64,000 bases of DNA from Acidovorax sp. (GTDB taxonomy: Bacteria > Pseudomonadota > Gammaproteobacteria > Burkholderiales > Burkholderiaceae_C): the NCBI RefSeq assembly GCF_021287135.1, contig NZ_JAJTBB010000070.1, forward strand, positions 4,990 to 68,989. Reading direction: 5' to 3'. Under the pieces are notes generated by a model. It did no database searches and was not told where the DNA came from. It saw nothing but the letters and a program-made list of their open reading frames with translations. This document shows positions 28,168 through 38,859 of this stretch, in pieces; the stretch's first letter is position 1, and every line of letters starts with the position of its first letter. The position numbers and the translations under genes were made by a program.

Positions 28168-28545
28168 ATGCAACCGTCCGCCCCATTCCGCACCGCGGCC
28201 GCAGCCCTGGCGCTGGGCACGCTGGCCGCCTGCGCGTCCGCACCGGCCCCCACCGAGCAGATGGCATTGGCCCGCACCACCGTGACGCGTGTGGCGGCCG
28301 CCCCGGCCACTGCCGCCACGGCCCCCACCGATCTGCAACGTGCGCAGGAAAAGCTCATCCAGGCCGAGAAGGCCATGGCCCAGCAGGACTACCGCATGGC
28401 GCGGCGGCTGGCGGCCGAGGCCGAAGTGGATGCACGCGTCGCCGAAACCCGCACCGACGCCGCCCGCAATGCCACCAACCTCGCCCAGGTGCAGGACAGC
28501 ATCCGCGCCCTGCAGGAAGAGATCCAGCGCCGCTCGCCACGCTGA
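28168..28545 (+). CDS. DUF4398-type lipoprotein
   Basis: ORF trimmed to Met86 (MQPSAPFRTAAAALALGTLAACAS, lipobox LAAC). AAGGAG lies 10 nt upstream. Helical Q/A/R-rich body paralogous to the N-terminus of the next gene. Confidence 0.7.
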   Translation: MQPSAPFRTAAAALALGTLAACASAPAPTEQMALARTTVTRVAAAPATAATAPTDLQRAQEKLIQAEKAMAQQDYRMARRLAAEAEVDARVAETRTDAARNATNLAQVQDSIRALQEEIQRRSPR

Positions 28546-28619
28546 AGGCGCCACCCGCCGCTTTGCCCCCCGTGCACCTGCCCGCTGCCCGCCGGCAGGC
28601 ATTTCAAAGGAACACCGCC

Positions 28620-29540
28620 ATGCATTCCCTGATCCACCGAACCACCACCCTGTGCGCCAGCCTGATTGCCGTGGGCCTGCTGGCCGCCTGCGCCAGCACC
28701 CCGCCCTCCGCCGCGCTGGAGCAGGCCCGTGCGGCCGTGAGCGCCACGGCGGGAGACCCCGTCGTGAACCAGTACGCCCCCGTGGAACTCAAGGACGCCA
28801 CGGATGCGCTGGCCCGTGCCGAACGCCAGTGGGCGGACGACCGCGACGTGGCCGAGACGGACCACCTGTCCTACCTGGCCCGCCAGCGCGCCGAGATCGC
28901 GGCCAATGCGGCCCGGGCACGGCAGCTGGACGCCAGCATTCAGCAGGCGGGCAGCGAGGCCGACCGTATCCGCCTGCAGGCCCGCGCGCTGGAGGCCGAC
29001 CAGGCCCGGCTGCGCGCCCAGCAGGCCCAGGCGCAAGCGCTGAGCGCCGAGCAGCGCGCGGCGCAACAGCAGGCCGCGGCCCAGGCGGCGCAGGCCCAGG
29101 CTGCCGCCGCACAGGACCGCGTGCGGGCGCTGGAGGCGCAGCTGCGCGACATGGAGGCCCGGCAGACCGAACGCGGGCTGCTGGTAACGCTGGGCGATGT
29201 CCTGTTTGCCTTCAACAAGGCCGAACTCACGGCCCAGGCCGCGCCCCGGCTGGACAAGCTGGCCAGCTTTCTGCAGCAGTTCCCGGACCGCCGGCTGCTC
29301 ATCGAGGGGTACACGGACAGCGTGGGCTCGGACAGCTACAACCAGGATTTGTCGGACCGGCGCGCCCAATCAGTGCGCGACGCGCTGGTCCAGCGCGGCG
29401 TGAACAGCAACCGCATCACCGTGCGCGGCTACGGCAAGGCCTACCCGGTGGCGGACAACGCCTCGCCCGAAGGCCGCGCGATGAACCGCCGCGTGGAGAT
29501 CGTGATTGCCGACGAGCAGGGAACGCTGCGGGGGCGGTAG
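28620..29540 (+). CDS. OmpA-family lipoprotein with DUF4398-like N-domain and Q/A-rich coiled coil
   Basis: ORF trimmed to Met378 (MHSLIHRTTTLCASLIAVGLLAACAS). OmpA_C motifs FAFNKAELT...IEGYTDSVGSDSYNQDLSDRRAQSV...NRRVEIVI. Confidence 0.88.
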   Translation: MHSLIHRTTTLCASLIAVGLLAACASTPPSAALEQARAAVSATAGDPVVNQYAPVELKDATDALARAERQWADDRDVAETDHLSYLARQRAEIAANAARARQLDASIQQAGSEADRIRLQARALEADQARLRAQQAQAQALSAEQRAAQQQAAAQAAQAQAAAAQDRVRALEAQLRDMEARQTERGLLVTLGDVLFAFNKAELTAQAAPRLDKLASFLQQFPDRRLLIEGYTDSVGSDSYNQDLSDRRAQSVRDALVQRGVNSNRITVRGYGKAYPVADNASPEGRAMNRRVEIVIADEQGTLRGR

Positions 29541-29609
29541 CCACCGTCCCCGGGTCGCTCGCTCGGGCGGGCACTGCCGCGCCCTGCGCAGCCCTGCTGG
29601 GCAGGCCGC

Positions 29610-30635
29610 TCAGCCCTGCGGCGCAGCGTCTTCGAAGTTCTCGGTATCCACTTCGCTGGCGTTCTGCGCGTTGTAGCGGGGGCCCACCACCGTGCGTTCA
29701 TTGATCAGCGCGTTCAGGCGCGCCAGGGTGGCGGCGTCCAGCCGCACGTTCACGGCCCCCAGGTCGTCGTGCAGGTGCTCCACGCGCGTGGTGCCCGGGA
29801 TGGGAATGATGTGCTCGCCCCGGTGCAGCAGCCAGGCCAGCGCCAGCTGGGCGGGCGTGCAGCCCACGTCGCGCGCCACCTGCAGGTACCCGTCCAGCAG
29901 CTGCAGGTTGGCGGCATAGGCCTGCGGAGCAAAACGCGGCATGGCGCGGCGAATGTCCTTGGCATCCAGCGTGGCCACGTCGCGCAGCTCGCCGCACAGA
30001 AAGCCCCGCGCCACGGGGCTGAAGGCCACGAAGGCCACGCCCAGTGCGCGGCAGGCGTCCAGCACCGCGATCTCGGGGTTGCGCGTCCACAGCGAATATT
30101 CGGTCTGCACGGCGGCAATCGGATGCACCGCATGCGCACGGCGCAGCGTGGCGGCCGAAACCTCCGACAGACCGATGCTGCGGATCTTGCCTGCGCGCAC
30201 CAGGTCGGCCAGCGCGCCGACGCTGTCCTCGATGGGCACCTGCCGGTCCCAGCGGTGCAGGTAGTACAGGTCGATGACGTCCGTCTGCAGGCGGCGCAGG
30301 CTGTCCTCACAGGTCTGGCGCAGGGTCGCGGGGCGGCCGTCGATCACGCGCACCAGCTTGCCGTCGCCGTTCACGTCCACGCCCTGCATGCCGCATTTGC
30401 TGGCCAGGGTGAAGCGGTGGCGGTGCGGCTTCATCACGCGGCCCACCAGGGTTTCATTGGCGCCAAAGCCGTAGAGCGTGGCGGTGTCGAACAGCGTCAC
30501 GCCCGCATCGAGCGCGGCCAGCAGCACGCGCTCGCCCTGTTCGGGGCTGACGGGGGCGCCGTAGGCGTGGCTGAGGTTCATGCAGCCCAGGCCGATGGCG
30601 CTGACGGAAAAGGGGCCTAAGGTTCGGGTGTTCAT
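29610..30635 (-). CDS. aldo/keto reductase
   Basis: ORF trimmed to MNTRTLGPFSVSAIGLGCMNLSHAYG. AKR motifs LFDTATLYG and IDLYYLHRWD. ATGA overlap with the upstream gene. Confidence 0.88.
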   Translation of the reverse strand: MNTRTLGPFSVSAIGLGCMNLSHAYGAPVSPEQGERVLLAALDAGVTLFDTATLYGFGANETLVGRVMKPHRHRFTLASKCGMQGVDVNGDGKLVRVIDGRPATLRQTCEDSLRRLQTDVIDLYYLHRWDRQVPIEDSVGALADLVRAGKIRSIGLSEVSAATLRRAHAVHPIAAVQTEYSLWTRNPEIAVLDACRALGVAFVAFSPVARGFLCGELRDVATLDAKDIRRAMPRFAPQAYAANLQLLDGYLQVARDVGCTPAQLALAWLLHRGEHIIPIPGTTRVEHLHDDLGAVNVRLDAATLARLNALINERTVVGPRYNAQNASEVDTENFEDAAPQG

Positions 30636-31570
30636 GGCAAGGATTGTGCCGCGATGGCGCGGCCTGTGTGGCCCTGCGGGCGCCCCTGCGCCGCCGTCCA
30701 CTCCGGCAGGGGCGCGGCGCGGTGCAGCACGTCGTTGTGCAGCCACAGCGCACTGCGGCGCGCACGCGCGGCCACCACGTCCAGCGGCAGCTGCTGGTAG
30801 TCGTCGTTGAAGACCTCGAAGCTGTAGTCGCCCCGGTAGCCGATGCGGTCCAGCCGCAGCACCAGGTCGGCCAGCTGCTCGCTGTGCACGCCCTCGCCGG
30901 GAAACACGCGGAAGGTGCGGGCCGTGGTCATGCGGTCCTCGAACGTGGGGGTTTCGTTCCACATGAAGTCCGACAGCTGCACCAGGAAGATGCGCGCGGG
31001 GTCGATCTCGGCCAGCGCCGCCAGGGGCGTCTGGGCGGCAAAGATATGGAACGAGTCCAGCCCCACCCCCAGGTTGGGGCAGTCGGCGCGGCACACCACA
31101 TCCCAGCCGCTGGTGAACTCGTTGATGGTGCGGCCCCAGGAGAGGCCTTCGTAGGCCACGCGGATGCCGAACGGTATGGCCAGCATCGCGAGCTTGCGCA
31201 AGTCCCGCGCGATCGCGTCCCGGTCTTCCGTGGCGTGGCGCGAGGTGGACGAGCAGGCCAGCAGCACCCGGCTGCCGGTGGCCGCGCACATCTCCAGCAT
31301 GGCCTTGGCAATATCGACCTTGTAGTGGTGCAGGTGGCCGGACAGGCCTTCAAAGTCACGCAGCACCTGGAACCCCGTCGGGCGCATGCCGCTGGCGCGC
31401 ACGGCCTCGGCCGCGGCCGGCACGCCGCCGGGGTGGCCCACCAGGTCGCGCGCGCTCAGCATCACCTGGCTGAAGCCCGCGCGCCGCATGGCGTCCAGCT
31501 TGGCCTCCAGCGGGCCGGCCAGGGTGATGGTGTCCATGCCGTACCCGGCCAGGGCGCCTGCGCTCATCAT
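30632..31570 (-). CDS. sugar-phosphate isomerase/epimerase (TIM-barrel) protein, probable 3-dehydroshikimate dehydratase catalytic part
   Basis: ORF trimmed to Met52 (MMSAGALAGYGMDTITLAG), with GGAGG 5 nt upstream. Xylose-isomerase-like barrel (RVAYEGLSWG, GVGLDSFHIF, VQLSDF) resembling the N-domain of QuiC1-type enzymes. Confidence 0.65.
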   Translation of the reverse strand: MMSAGALAGYGMDTITLAGPLEAKLDAMRRAGFSQVMLSARDLVGHPGGVPAAAEAVRASGMRPTGFQVLRDFEGLSGHLHHYKVDIAKAMLEMCAATGSRVLLACSSTSRHATEDRDAIARDLRKLAMLAIPFGIRVAYEGLSWGRTINEFTSGWDVVCRADCPNLGVGLDSFHIFAAQTPLAALAEIDPARIFLVQLSDFMWNETPTFEDRMTTARTFRVFPGEGVHSEQLADLVLRLDRIGYRGDYSFEVFNDDYQQLPLDVVAARARRSALWLHNDVLHRAAPLPEWTAAQGRPQGHTGRAIAAQSLP

Positions 31571-31580
31571 CACGGCCTCC

Positions 31581-32462
31581 TCACGCATCCTGGTGCACCA
31601 GCTCAAAGGCCACCGACTCCAGCGCCGTGCGCGTGAGGGCGCCGCGGTCTTCAGGGTGCAGCCGGTGGGACTCCACGAACTCCACGCCGCGGGCCTTGAG
31701 GGCCGCCACGGCGGCGCCAACATCGGGGGTGCCGAACCCGATGCGCTGCAGGCACTCCGGCGTGGCGTCGTGCTCCAGGCCCGCGTCGGGCTCGATCAGC
31801 TGCCACAGGAAGCGCCCGCAGGGGCTGCGCATCAGCTTGCCCTTGGGCAGGATGCCAAAGCGTTCCTCGTCCGGCAGCAGCCGGAAGTCGAACATGTGCT
31901 CGTAGTAGGCGATCCAGTCCGCCGCGCGGTCGCAGCCGATGTACTGGACGACCCCGAAATACCCCAGGCCCGCCACGGCTGGCGGGTGCGGGTCCACCGT
32001 CGGGATGGGCGTGAAGTCGATGTCGTAGATGGAAAACTCCTGCCACCGGTCCACGAAATAGAAGCGGCTGGCACCCGGCCCGTGGATGGCCGGGATGTGC
32101 AGCTCCATGGCCTGCGCGTGGCTGGCCACGGCCCAGGCGCCCAGTTCCAGGCAGCGCCGGTGGGCCTGCAGCGCGTCCCGCACCCGCAGCGCCACGGCGG
32201 ACAGCACGGGATGGCCGTCCACCGTCGCGCTCACGCGGGCATCGTCGGGGTTGGCGTTCACCACCAAGTTCATGCTGCCCTGGCGGTACAGCGTGACTTC
32301 GCGCGAGCGGTGGCGCGCCACGGGGCGAAACCCCATGCGCTCGAGCACCTGGCCGAGCGCCTGCGGGCGGCTGGTGGCGTATTCGATGAACTCGATGCCC
32401 TCGATGCCCAGGCGGTTGGGCAGGTCGGGGACCTCTTCGCGGTGCGATGAATTCACGGGCAT
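31581..32462 (-). CDS. 4-hydroxyphenylpyruvate-dioxygenase-like (VOC superfamily) protein, resembles QuiC1 C-domain
   Basis: ORF trimmed to Met246 (MPVNSSHREEVPDLPNRLGIEGIEFIEYAT). Two glyoxalase/VOC-type repeats (GIEFIEY..., GYFGVVQYIG...). 293 aa. Confidence 0.65.
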   Translation of the reverse strand: MPVNSSHREEVPDLPNRLGIEGIEFIEYATSRPQALGQVLERMGFRPVARHRSREVTLYRQGSMNLVVNANPDDARVSATVDGHPVLSAVALRVRDALQAHRRCLELGAWAVASHAQAMELHIPAIHGPGASRFYFVDRWQEFSIYDIDFTPIPTVDPHPPAVAGLGYFGVVQYIGCDRAADWIAYYEHMFDFRLLPDEERFGILPKGKLMRSPCGRFLWQLIEPDAGLEHDATPECLQRIGFGTPDVGAAVAALKARGVEFVESHRLHPEDRGALTRTALESVAFELVHQDA

Positions 32463-32488
32463 TCCTTCCAAAGGGGCTTTGCTTTGCG

Positions 32489-33322
32489 TCAGGCGTCCAG
32501 GCGGGCCAGTGCCCGCAGCTGCTCGGGGGTGGCCACGGGCAGGCCGAAGTACTCCAGGTAGGCGGGGATCTGCTCGAACAGCATGTCCGAGCCCACCTGC
32601 ACGCGGCAGCCCCGCGCCTGCGCGGCCTGCAGGAAGGCGGTCATTTCGGCGCGCATCACCACCTCGCCGACGAAGGTGCCCGGCTGCAGGCGGTCCACGT
32701 CCAGCGGCAGGGGGTCGCCTTCGTGCATGCCCAGCGGCGTGGCGTTCACCACCAGTTCCATGCCGGCCGGGTCCCGCGTGCCGGTGGCCACGGCCAGGCC
32801 GGGGTAGCAGGCCTTCAGCCGCTGGGCCAGGCCGTCGGCCGAGGCGCTGTTCACGTCGAACAGCTGCAGCCGCGCCACGCCCGCCGCCGCCAGGGAGGCC
32901 GCGATGGCCGACCCCACGCCGCCCGTGCCCACCACCAGCGCACTCGCCCCCTGCAGCAGCAGGCCCTTGCGGCCCACGCCGCGCACAAAGCCCTCGCCAT
33001 CGAACAGATCGCCCTGCAAGCGGCCCTGCGCATCGCGCCGCACGGCGTTGCACGCGCCCGCAATGCGCACGGCCGGGCTCGCCTCGTCCAGCAAGGCCAC
33101 GGTCGTGACCTTGTGGGGCATGGTGATCAGCGCCCCCTGGATGTTGGCCAGGCGGAACACCGAGCGCAGCAGGTCCGGGTAGTCCTGCGCCTGGCACCCC
33201 ATGGGAACCACCACCGAATCGATGCCGGCGTGCTCGAAATAGGGGTTGTAGATCATCGGCGACTTGAACGTGAACGTGGGGTAGCCGATGTGGGCGATGA
33301 GGGAAGTCGTGCCGCGGATCAT
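32489..33322 (-). CDS. shikimate (quinate/shikimate) dehydrogenase family protein
   Basis: 277 aa. SDH N-domain (ITMPHK, CNAV) and Rossmann motif VVGTGGVGSAIAASL. Confidence 0.8.
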   Translation of the reverse strand: MIRGTTSLIAHIGYPTFTFKSPMIYNPYFEHAGIDSVVVPMGCQAQDYPDLLRSVFRLANIQGALITMPHKVTTVALLDEASPAVRIAGACNAVRRDAQGRLQGDLFDGEGFVRGVGRKGLLLQGASALVVGTGGVGSAIAASLAAAGVARLQLFDVNSASADGLAQRLKACYPGLAVATGTRDPAGMELVVNATPLGMHEGDPLPLDVDRLQPGTFVGEVVMRAEMTAFLQAAQARGCRVQVGSDMLFEQIPAYLEYFGLPVATPEQLRALARLDA

Positions 33323-33383
33323 GGATTGGCCAGAAGGGATCGGTGAAGGAGCGGCGCGGGCCGGGGCCCGCGCCGCAGCGGTG

Positions 33384-34388
33384 TCATTTGCGCAGCGAGT
33401 CCAGCGCGGCCTGCAGCTCCTTGACGGTGTCCGCGATGGGCGCGCCGTGCTTCTCGATCACGGGCTTCATGCGCTCGCGCAGCTTGGCGGTTTCCGCGGG
33501 CGAGAACTCGGTGATCTGCATGCCGGCCTTGCGCAGCTCGTCCACGCTGCCGCTGGCTTGCTCGCGCGTCAGCTGGCGCTGGAACTTGCCGGCCTCCACG
33601 GCGGCGTCCTGCAGCACCTTGCGCTCGGCGGCGTTCAGCCCGTCCCAGACCTTCTTGCTGAAGATGACGGACTGCGGGTTGTACTGGTGGTTGGTCAGCG
33701 TGAGGTACTTCTGCACCTCGGAGAACTTGTTGGCCTGGATGACGCTGATGGGGTTTTCCTGCCCGTCCACGGCCTTTTGCTCCAGCGCCGCATAGAGCTC
33801 GGGGAAGGCCAGGGGCGTCGGGTTGGCGTCCAGCGCCTTCACCCAGTCGATGTTGATCGGGTTGGGGATCACGCGCAGCTTCAGCCCCGCGATGTCCTCG
33901 ACCTTGGTGACGGGGCGGCGGCCGTTGGTCAGCTGGCGAAAACCCAGCTCCCAATAGGCCAGGCCCACGATGCCCTTGTCCTGCAGCTTCGCGTGCAGCT
34001 TCTGGCCGAAGGGGCCGTCCACCACGGCATCGGCCTCTTTCGCGTTGGCGAACATGAACGGGAAGTCGTAGACCACGAACTCCTTCACCTGGGCCGCGAG
34101 GATGCCCGAGTTCAGCACCACCATCTCGATGGTGCCGCCTTGCAGGGCGCTCACGTTGGCCGCGTCACCGCCCAGCGTGCCGCCCGGGAACACATTCACC
34201 TTCAGCTTGCCGCCGGAGCGTGCCGCCACGATCTCGGCAAACTTTTCCGCGCCGCTGGCCAGGGGGTGGCCCTTGGGGTTCTGCAAGGCGAGCTTGAACG
34301 ATCGCTCACGGAGGTCCTGCGCCGCGGCGAGGCCGACGGCGCCGACGGCCAGGGCGGCAATGAGGGTCTTGAGAAGAAGGCGTTTCAT
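33384..34388 (-). CDS. dctP: TRAP transporter substrate-binding protein (DctP family)
   Basis: Signal peptide MKRLLLKTLIAALAVGAVGLAAAQ. DctP-type body. 334 aa. Confidence 0.88.
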   Translation of the reverse strand: MKRLLLKTLIAALAVGAVGLAAAQDLRERSFKLALQNPKGHPLASGAEKFAEIVAARSGGKLKVNVFPGGTLGGDAANVSALQGGTIEMVVLNSGILAAQVKEFVVYDFPFMFANAKEADAVVDGPFGQKLHAKLQDKGIVGLAYWELGFRQLTNGRRPVTKVEDIAGLKLRVIPNPINIDWVKALDANPTPLAFPELYAALEQKAVDGQENPISVIQANKFSEVQKYLTLTNHQYNPQSVIFSKKVWDGLNAAERKVLQDAAVEAGKFQRQLTREQASGSVDELRKAGMQITEFSPAETAKLRERMKPVIEKHGAPIADTVKELQAALDSLRK

Positions 34389-34433
34389 GCGTTGTCTCCG
34401 GGGGTTGGAAATCGGGGGAAGCGGGGGGCAGCG

Positions 34434-35711
34434 TCAATAGAACCAGCGCGCGGGCACCATCACCAGCTGCGGGAAGGCGACCATCAGGAACATCACCACG
34501 AACTGCGCCACCATGAAGGGCATGACGCCGCGGGTGACTTCGTCCATGCTGACCTTGCCCACCCCAGCCACGGTATTGAGCACCGTGCCCACCGGGGGCG
34601 TGATCAGCCCGATGGCGTTGTTGATGATGAACAGCACCCCGAAGTACACCGGGTCGATGCCGGCCGCCTTGACCACCGGCATCAGCACCGGCGTGAGCAG
34701 CAGGATGGTGGGCGTCATGTCCAGCGCCGTGCCCACGACCATCACCAGCACCATGATCGCCAGCATCAGCACGCGGGGGTTGTCCAGCAGGGGCTGCAGC
34801 AGCACGACCACCTGCGCGGGCAGCTGGGCCACCGTGATGAGCCAGGCGGACACCATGGCCGCAGCCACCAGGAACATGACCACTGCGCTGGTCTTGCCCG
34901 CGCTGATGAACAGGCGGCGCAGGTCGCGCAGGCCGATTTCGCGGTACACCAGGGTGGACACGAGCAGCGCGTACACCGCGGCCACAACGGCCGCCTCGGT
35001 GGGCGTGAAGATGCCGAACTTCAGGCCGAACACCACGATCACCGGCAGCACGAGGGCCCACGTCGCCTGCCGCAGGGCCTGCAGCACCTCGGTGCGGGTC
35101 TTCCGGGGCGCGGGGGCCACCGGCTCGCGCCGTGCAATCCACCACCAGGTGCCCCACAGGGACACAGCCAGCAGCACGCCGGGGAAGATGCCTGCAAGGA
35201 ACAGCTTGGAGATGGAGACGTTGGCGGCCACGCCAAAGATCACGAAGCCGATGCTGGGGGGAATGACGGGCGCGATGATGCTGGCCGCCGAGATCAGCCC
35301 CGCGGAGCGGGCCCGGTCGTGCCCCGCGGCCACCATCATCGGGAGCAGCAAGGCGCCCAGGGCGGCGGCGTCCGCCACCGCCGAGCCGGACAGCGCGGCC
35401 ATGATCACGGCCGCGACGATGGCGACATAGCCCAGCCCACCCGGAATGTGCCCGACCAGGGCCATGGCGAACTGCACGATGCGGCGCGACAGGCCGCCGG
35501 CATTCATCAGTTCGCCCGCGAGCATGAAGAACGGCACGGCCAGCAGCGGAAAGCTGTCCGCCCCGTTGATGAGGTTCTGCGCCAGGATCTGCGCGTCAAA
35601 CAGGTCCAGGTGCCACATCAGCGCGGCGCCGCAGATCAGCAGGGAAAAGGCGATGGGGATGCCCAGCGCCATGGCGCCCAGCAGCGATCCGAGAAAAATG
35701 GCCAGTGTCAT
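34434..35711 (-). CDS. dctM: TRAP transporter large permease (DctM family)
   Basis: ORF trimmed to Met179 (MTLAIFLGSLLGAMALGIPIAFSLL). 425-aa polytopic protein. Confidence 0.9.
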   Translation of the reverse strand: MTLAIFLGSLLGAMALGIPIAFSLLICGAALMWHLDLFDAQILAQNLINGADSFPLLAVPFFMLAGELMNAGGLSRRIVQFAMALVGHIPGGLGYVAIVAAVIMAALSGSAVADAAALGALLLPMMVAAGHDRARSAGLISAASIIAPVIPPSIGFVIFGVAANVSISKLFLAGIFPGVLLAVSLWGTWWWIARREPVAPAPRKTRTEVLQALRQATWALVLPVIVVFGLKFGIFTPTEAAVVAAVYALLVSTLVYREIGLRDLRRLFISAGKTSAVVMFLVAAAMVSAWLITVAQLPAQVVVLLQPLLDNPRVLMLAIMVLVMVVGTALDMTPTILLLTPVLMPVVKAAGIDPVYFGVLFIINNAIGLITPPVGTVLNTVAGVGKVSMDEVTRGVMPFMVAQFVVMFLMVAFPQLVMVPARWFY

Positions 35712-35731
35712 GGGGAATCTCCGGTGCGGGC

Positions 35732-36268
35732 TCAGCGCGGATCCGCGCCGTCGGCATGGGGGCGCTCTTCGCTTTCCTGGAACATCTGCAACTCGTCCGC
35801 CGACAGTTCGCCCCGCAGCAGGCGCACCAGATCGCGCAACAGGATCAAGGCAGCCAGCACGGCGAACACCACACCGCAGGCATAGAACAGCGCCACCGGC
35901 ACCTCCATGACCGCGCTGGCCGTCTCCCGGTTGATTTGAGTCTGCTCCAGCGCACCGCGGAACACGAGCCAGCAGACCCCCAGCATGGCCACGTAGGACA
36001 GCCCCAGGCACAGCTTGCGGCCCAGCGGACCCAGGCGCCCCACCAGCATGTCGGAGCCCAGGTGTGCGCGCTCGTGCAGCGCCACGACGGCCCCAAGGAA
36101 AGTCAGCCACACGAACAGCCAGCGCGAGAGCTCTTCCGACACGCTGATGCCGGAATTGAATACATAGCGCAGCACCACGTTGCCGAACACGAGAACGACC
36201 ATCACAGCCAGCATGGCCGCGATCATCTGGTCGATCAGCCAGCACATGCGCGCAATCACTTGGTTCAT
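35732..36268 (-). CDS. dctQ: TRAP transporter small permease (DctQ family)
   Basis: 178 aa with 4 TM segments (MNQVIARMCWLIDQMIAAMLAVMVVLVFGNVVLRYVF). GGAGG lies 7 nt upstream. Confidence 0.85.
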   Translation of the reverse strand: MNQVIARMCWLIDQMIAAMLAVMVVLVFGNVVLRYVFNSGISVSEELSRWLFVWLTFLGAVVALHERAHLGSDMLVGRLGPLGRKLCLGLSYVAMLGVCWLVFRGALEQTQINRETASAVMEVPVALFYACGVVFAVLAALILLRDLVRLLRGELSADELQMFQESEERPHADGADPR

Positions 36269-36278
36269 GAAATTGCCT

Positions 36279-36301
36279 CCGGTTCGTAATGTACGAACTG
36301 G
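36279..36301. promoter_or_regulatory. candidate TetR operator palindrome upstream of dctQ
   Basis: ccGGTTCGTA-atg-TACGAACtgg. 9 of 10 arm positions are complementary. It abuts the dctQ RBS and lies between the TetR gene and the TRAP operon. Confidence 0.45.
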
Positions 36302-36358
36302 TTAGTTTCTACGCATTCGCGTTTTTCCCTATCTGCAGGGCAGCGCAGGTTCTACCAG

Positions 36359-37057
36359 TTATGCCGGGTTGGAATGGCGCACGAAGCGCAGCACCATGTC
36401 GACCACGCTTTGGCGGCGCACGGCCCGTTGGGCGGGCGTGAGGGTGCTGCGCTTGAAGATCATGTCGAACGTGTACTGGTTGGACACGTTGAAGAAGCTC
36501 AGGGCCGAGATGGAGGCATGGATATCGATGGCGTCCAGCCCCGCGCGGAACACCCCCTGCGCCACGCCCCGGTCGTAGAGGTCCTGGATGGCCTGGATGG
36601 CCGGAACGTTCAGCTCCTGGATCATCTTGCTGCGCGCCAGGTACTGGCCGCGCTGCATGTTCTCCGTCATCACCAGGCGGATGAAGTCCTGGTGGTCGAG
36701 GTGGTGGTCGAAGGTGAACCCCACGAGCGCGGCCATGGCCGCCTCGGGCGTCAGGTCTTCCAGGTGCAGCTGCGACTCGATGGCGCGCATGCGGCGGTAC
36801 GCCTCCTCCAGCACGGCGAGGTACAGACCTTCCTTGCTACCGAAGTAGTAGTAGATCATCCGCTTGCTGGTGTGGGTGGCGTCCGCGATCGCGTCAATGC
36901 GCGCTCCGTCCAGCCCCTTGGCGGCGAACTCGGCCGTGGCCACCTCCAGGATGCCGGCCATCGTGCGTTCGGGGTCGTTGGTGCGGGTGGTCGCACGCTT
37001 CGGCGACGACTTCCGCGCGCTGGCGCGCGTTGCTGGCCCATGTACCGTCTGGTTCAT
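36359..37057 (-). CDS. TetR/AcrR-family transcriptional regulator
   Basis: ORF trimmed to Met268 ([13 protein letters not shown]). HTH region [44 protein letters not shown]. Confidence 0.88.
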   Translation of the reverse strand: MNQTVHGPATRASARKSSPKRATTRTNDPERTMAGILEVATAEFAAKGLDGARIDAIADATHTSKRMIYYYFGSKEGLYLAVLEEAYRRMRAIESQLHLEDLTPEAAMAALVGFTFDHHLDHQDFIRLVMTENMQRGQYLARSKMIQELNVPAIQAIQDLYDRGVAQGVFRAGLDAIDIHASISALSFFNVSNQYTFDMIFKRSTLTPAQRAVRRQSVVDMVLRFVRHSNPA

Positions 37058-37168
37058 TCGTGAAGTATAGGCGGCACCTGGACGGCGCCCCGACCGGAAT
37101 GCACGGCGGAGCGGGCCTGGGGCAGGGGACGGCTGGAATTTCCAAGACAACCGGTCTAATATCGCGCC

Positions 37169-37807
37169 ATGGAGACATTGGCAGCCCGTGCCCCCCGCCG
37201 CGGTCGGCCGCCCCGCCCGCGGGCCGGCCTCGCGGACACGCGCGAGCTGCTCTTGCGTGCGGGGCTGGAGACCTTGACCGAGAAGGGCTTTGCCGCCGCC
37301 GGCCTCGAGACCATCCTGGTCCGCGCGGGCGTTCCCAAAGGGTCGTTCTACCATTACTTCGACAGCAAGGAAGCCTTCGGCCTGGCGCTCATCGCGCGCT
37401 ACGGCGACTTCTTCGCCCGCAAGCTGGACCGGCACCTCTGCAACCCGGCGCTGACGCCGCTGGCGCGGATGCACACCTTCGTGGACGACGCGAAGGCGGG
37501 CATGGCGCGCTTCGGCTACCGGCGCGGCTGCCTGATCGGCAACCTGGGACAGGAAATGGGCGCGCTGCCCGAGAGCTTTCGCGCGCAGCTGCAGGCCACG
37601 TTCGCCGACTGGCAGCGCCGCCTGGCCGCCTGCCTGGCCCAGGCACAGCAGGCCGGCGAGCTGGCCCCGGCCGTGGACGTGCAGCAGGTCGCGGCATTTT
37701 TCTGGATCGGCTGGGAGGGTGCGGTGCTGCGCTCCAAGCTCGAACAGAGCCCGGAGCCGCTGGACGTCTTTGCCCGCTTCTTCTTCGCCGGCTTCAACGC
37801 CCGGTAG
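37169..37807 (+). CDS. TetR/AcrR-family transcriptional regulator
   Basis: HTH region [43 protein letters not shown]. 212 aa. Confidence 0.88.
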   Translation: METLAARAPRRGRPPRPRAGLADTRELLLRAGLETLTEKGFAAAGLETILVRAGVPKGSFYHYFDSKEAFGLALIARYGDFFARKLDRHLCNPALTPLARMHTFVDDAKAGMARFGYRRGCLIGNLGQEMGALPESFRAQLQATFADWQRRLAACLAQAQQAGELAPAVDVQQVAAFFWIGWEGAVLRSKLEQSPEPLDVFARFFFAGFNAR

Positions 37808-37875
37808 CTCCGCCCTCGCCCTTCCTTCCCCATCCTTCCCCGCCGTTTCCGAACCCACCTGGAGAGACCCCGCAG

Positions 37876-38855
<980 letters not shown>

Positions 38856-38859
<4 letters not shown>

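Noticed and set aside
33288-35885. 865-aa ORF on the + strand
   Set aside because: It lies antisense to the TRAP dctP/dctM genes. It is His/Arg/Gly/Asp-rich low-complexity translation.
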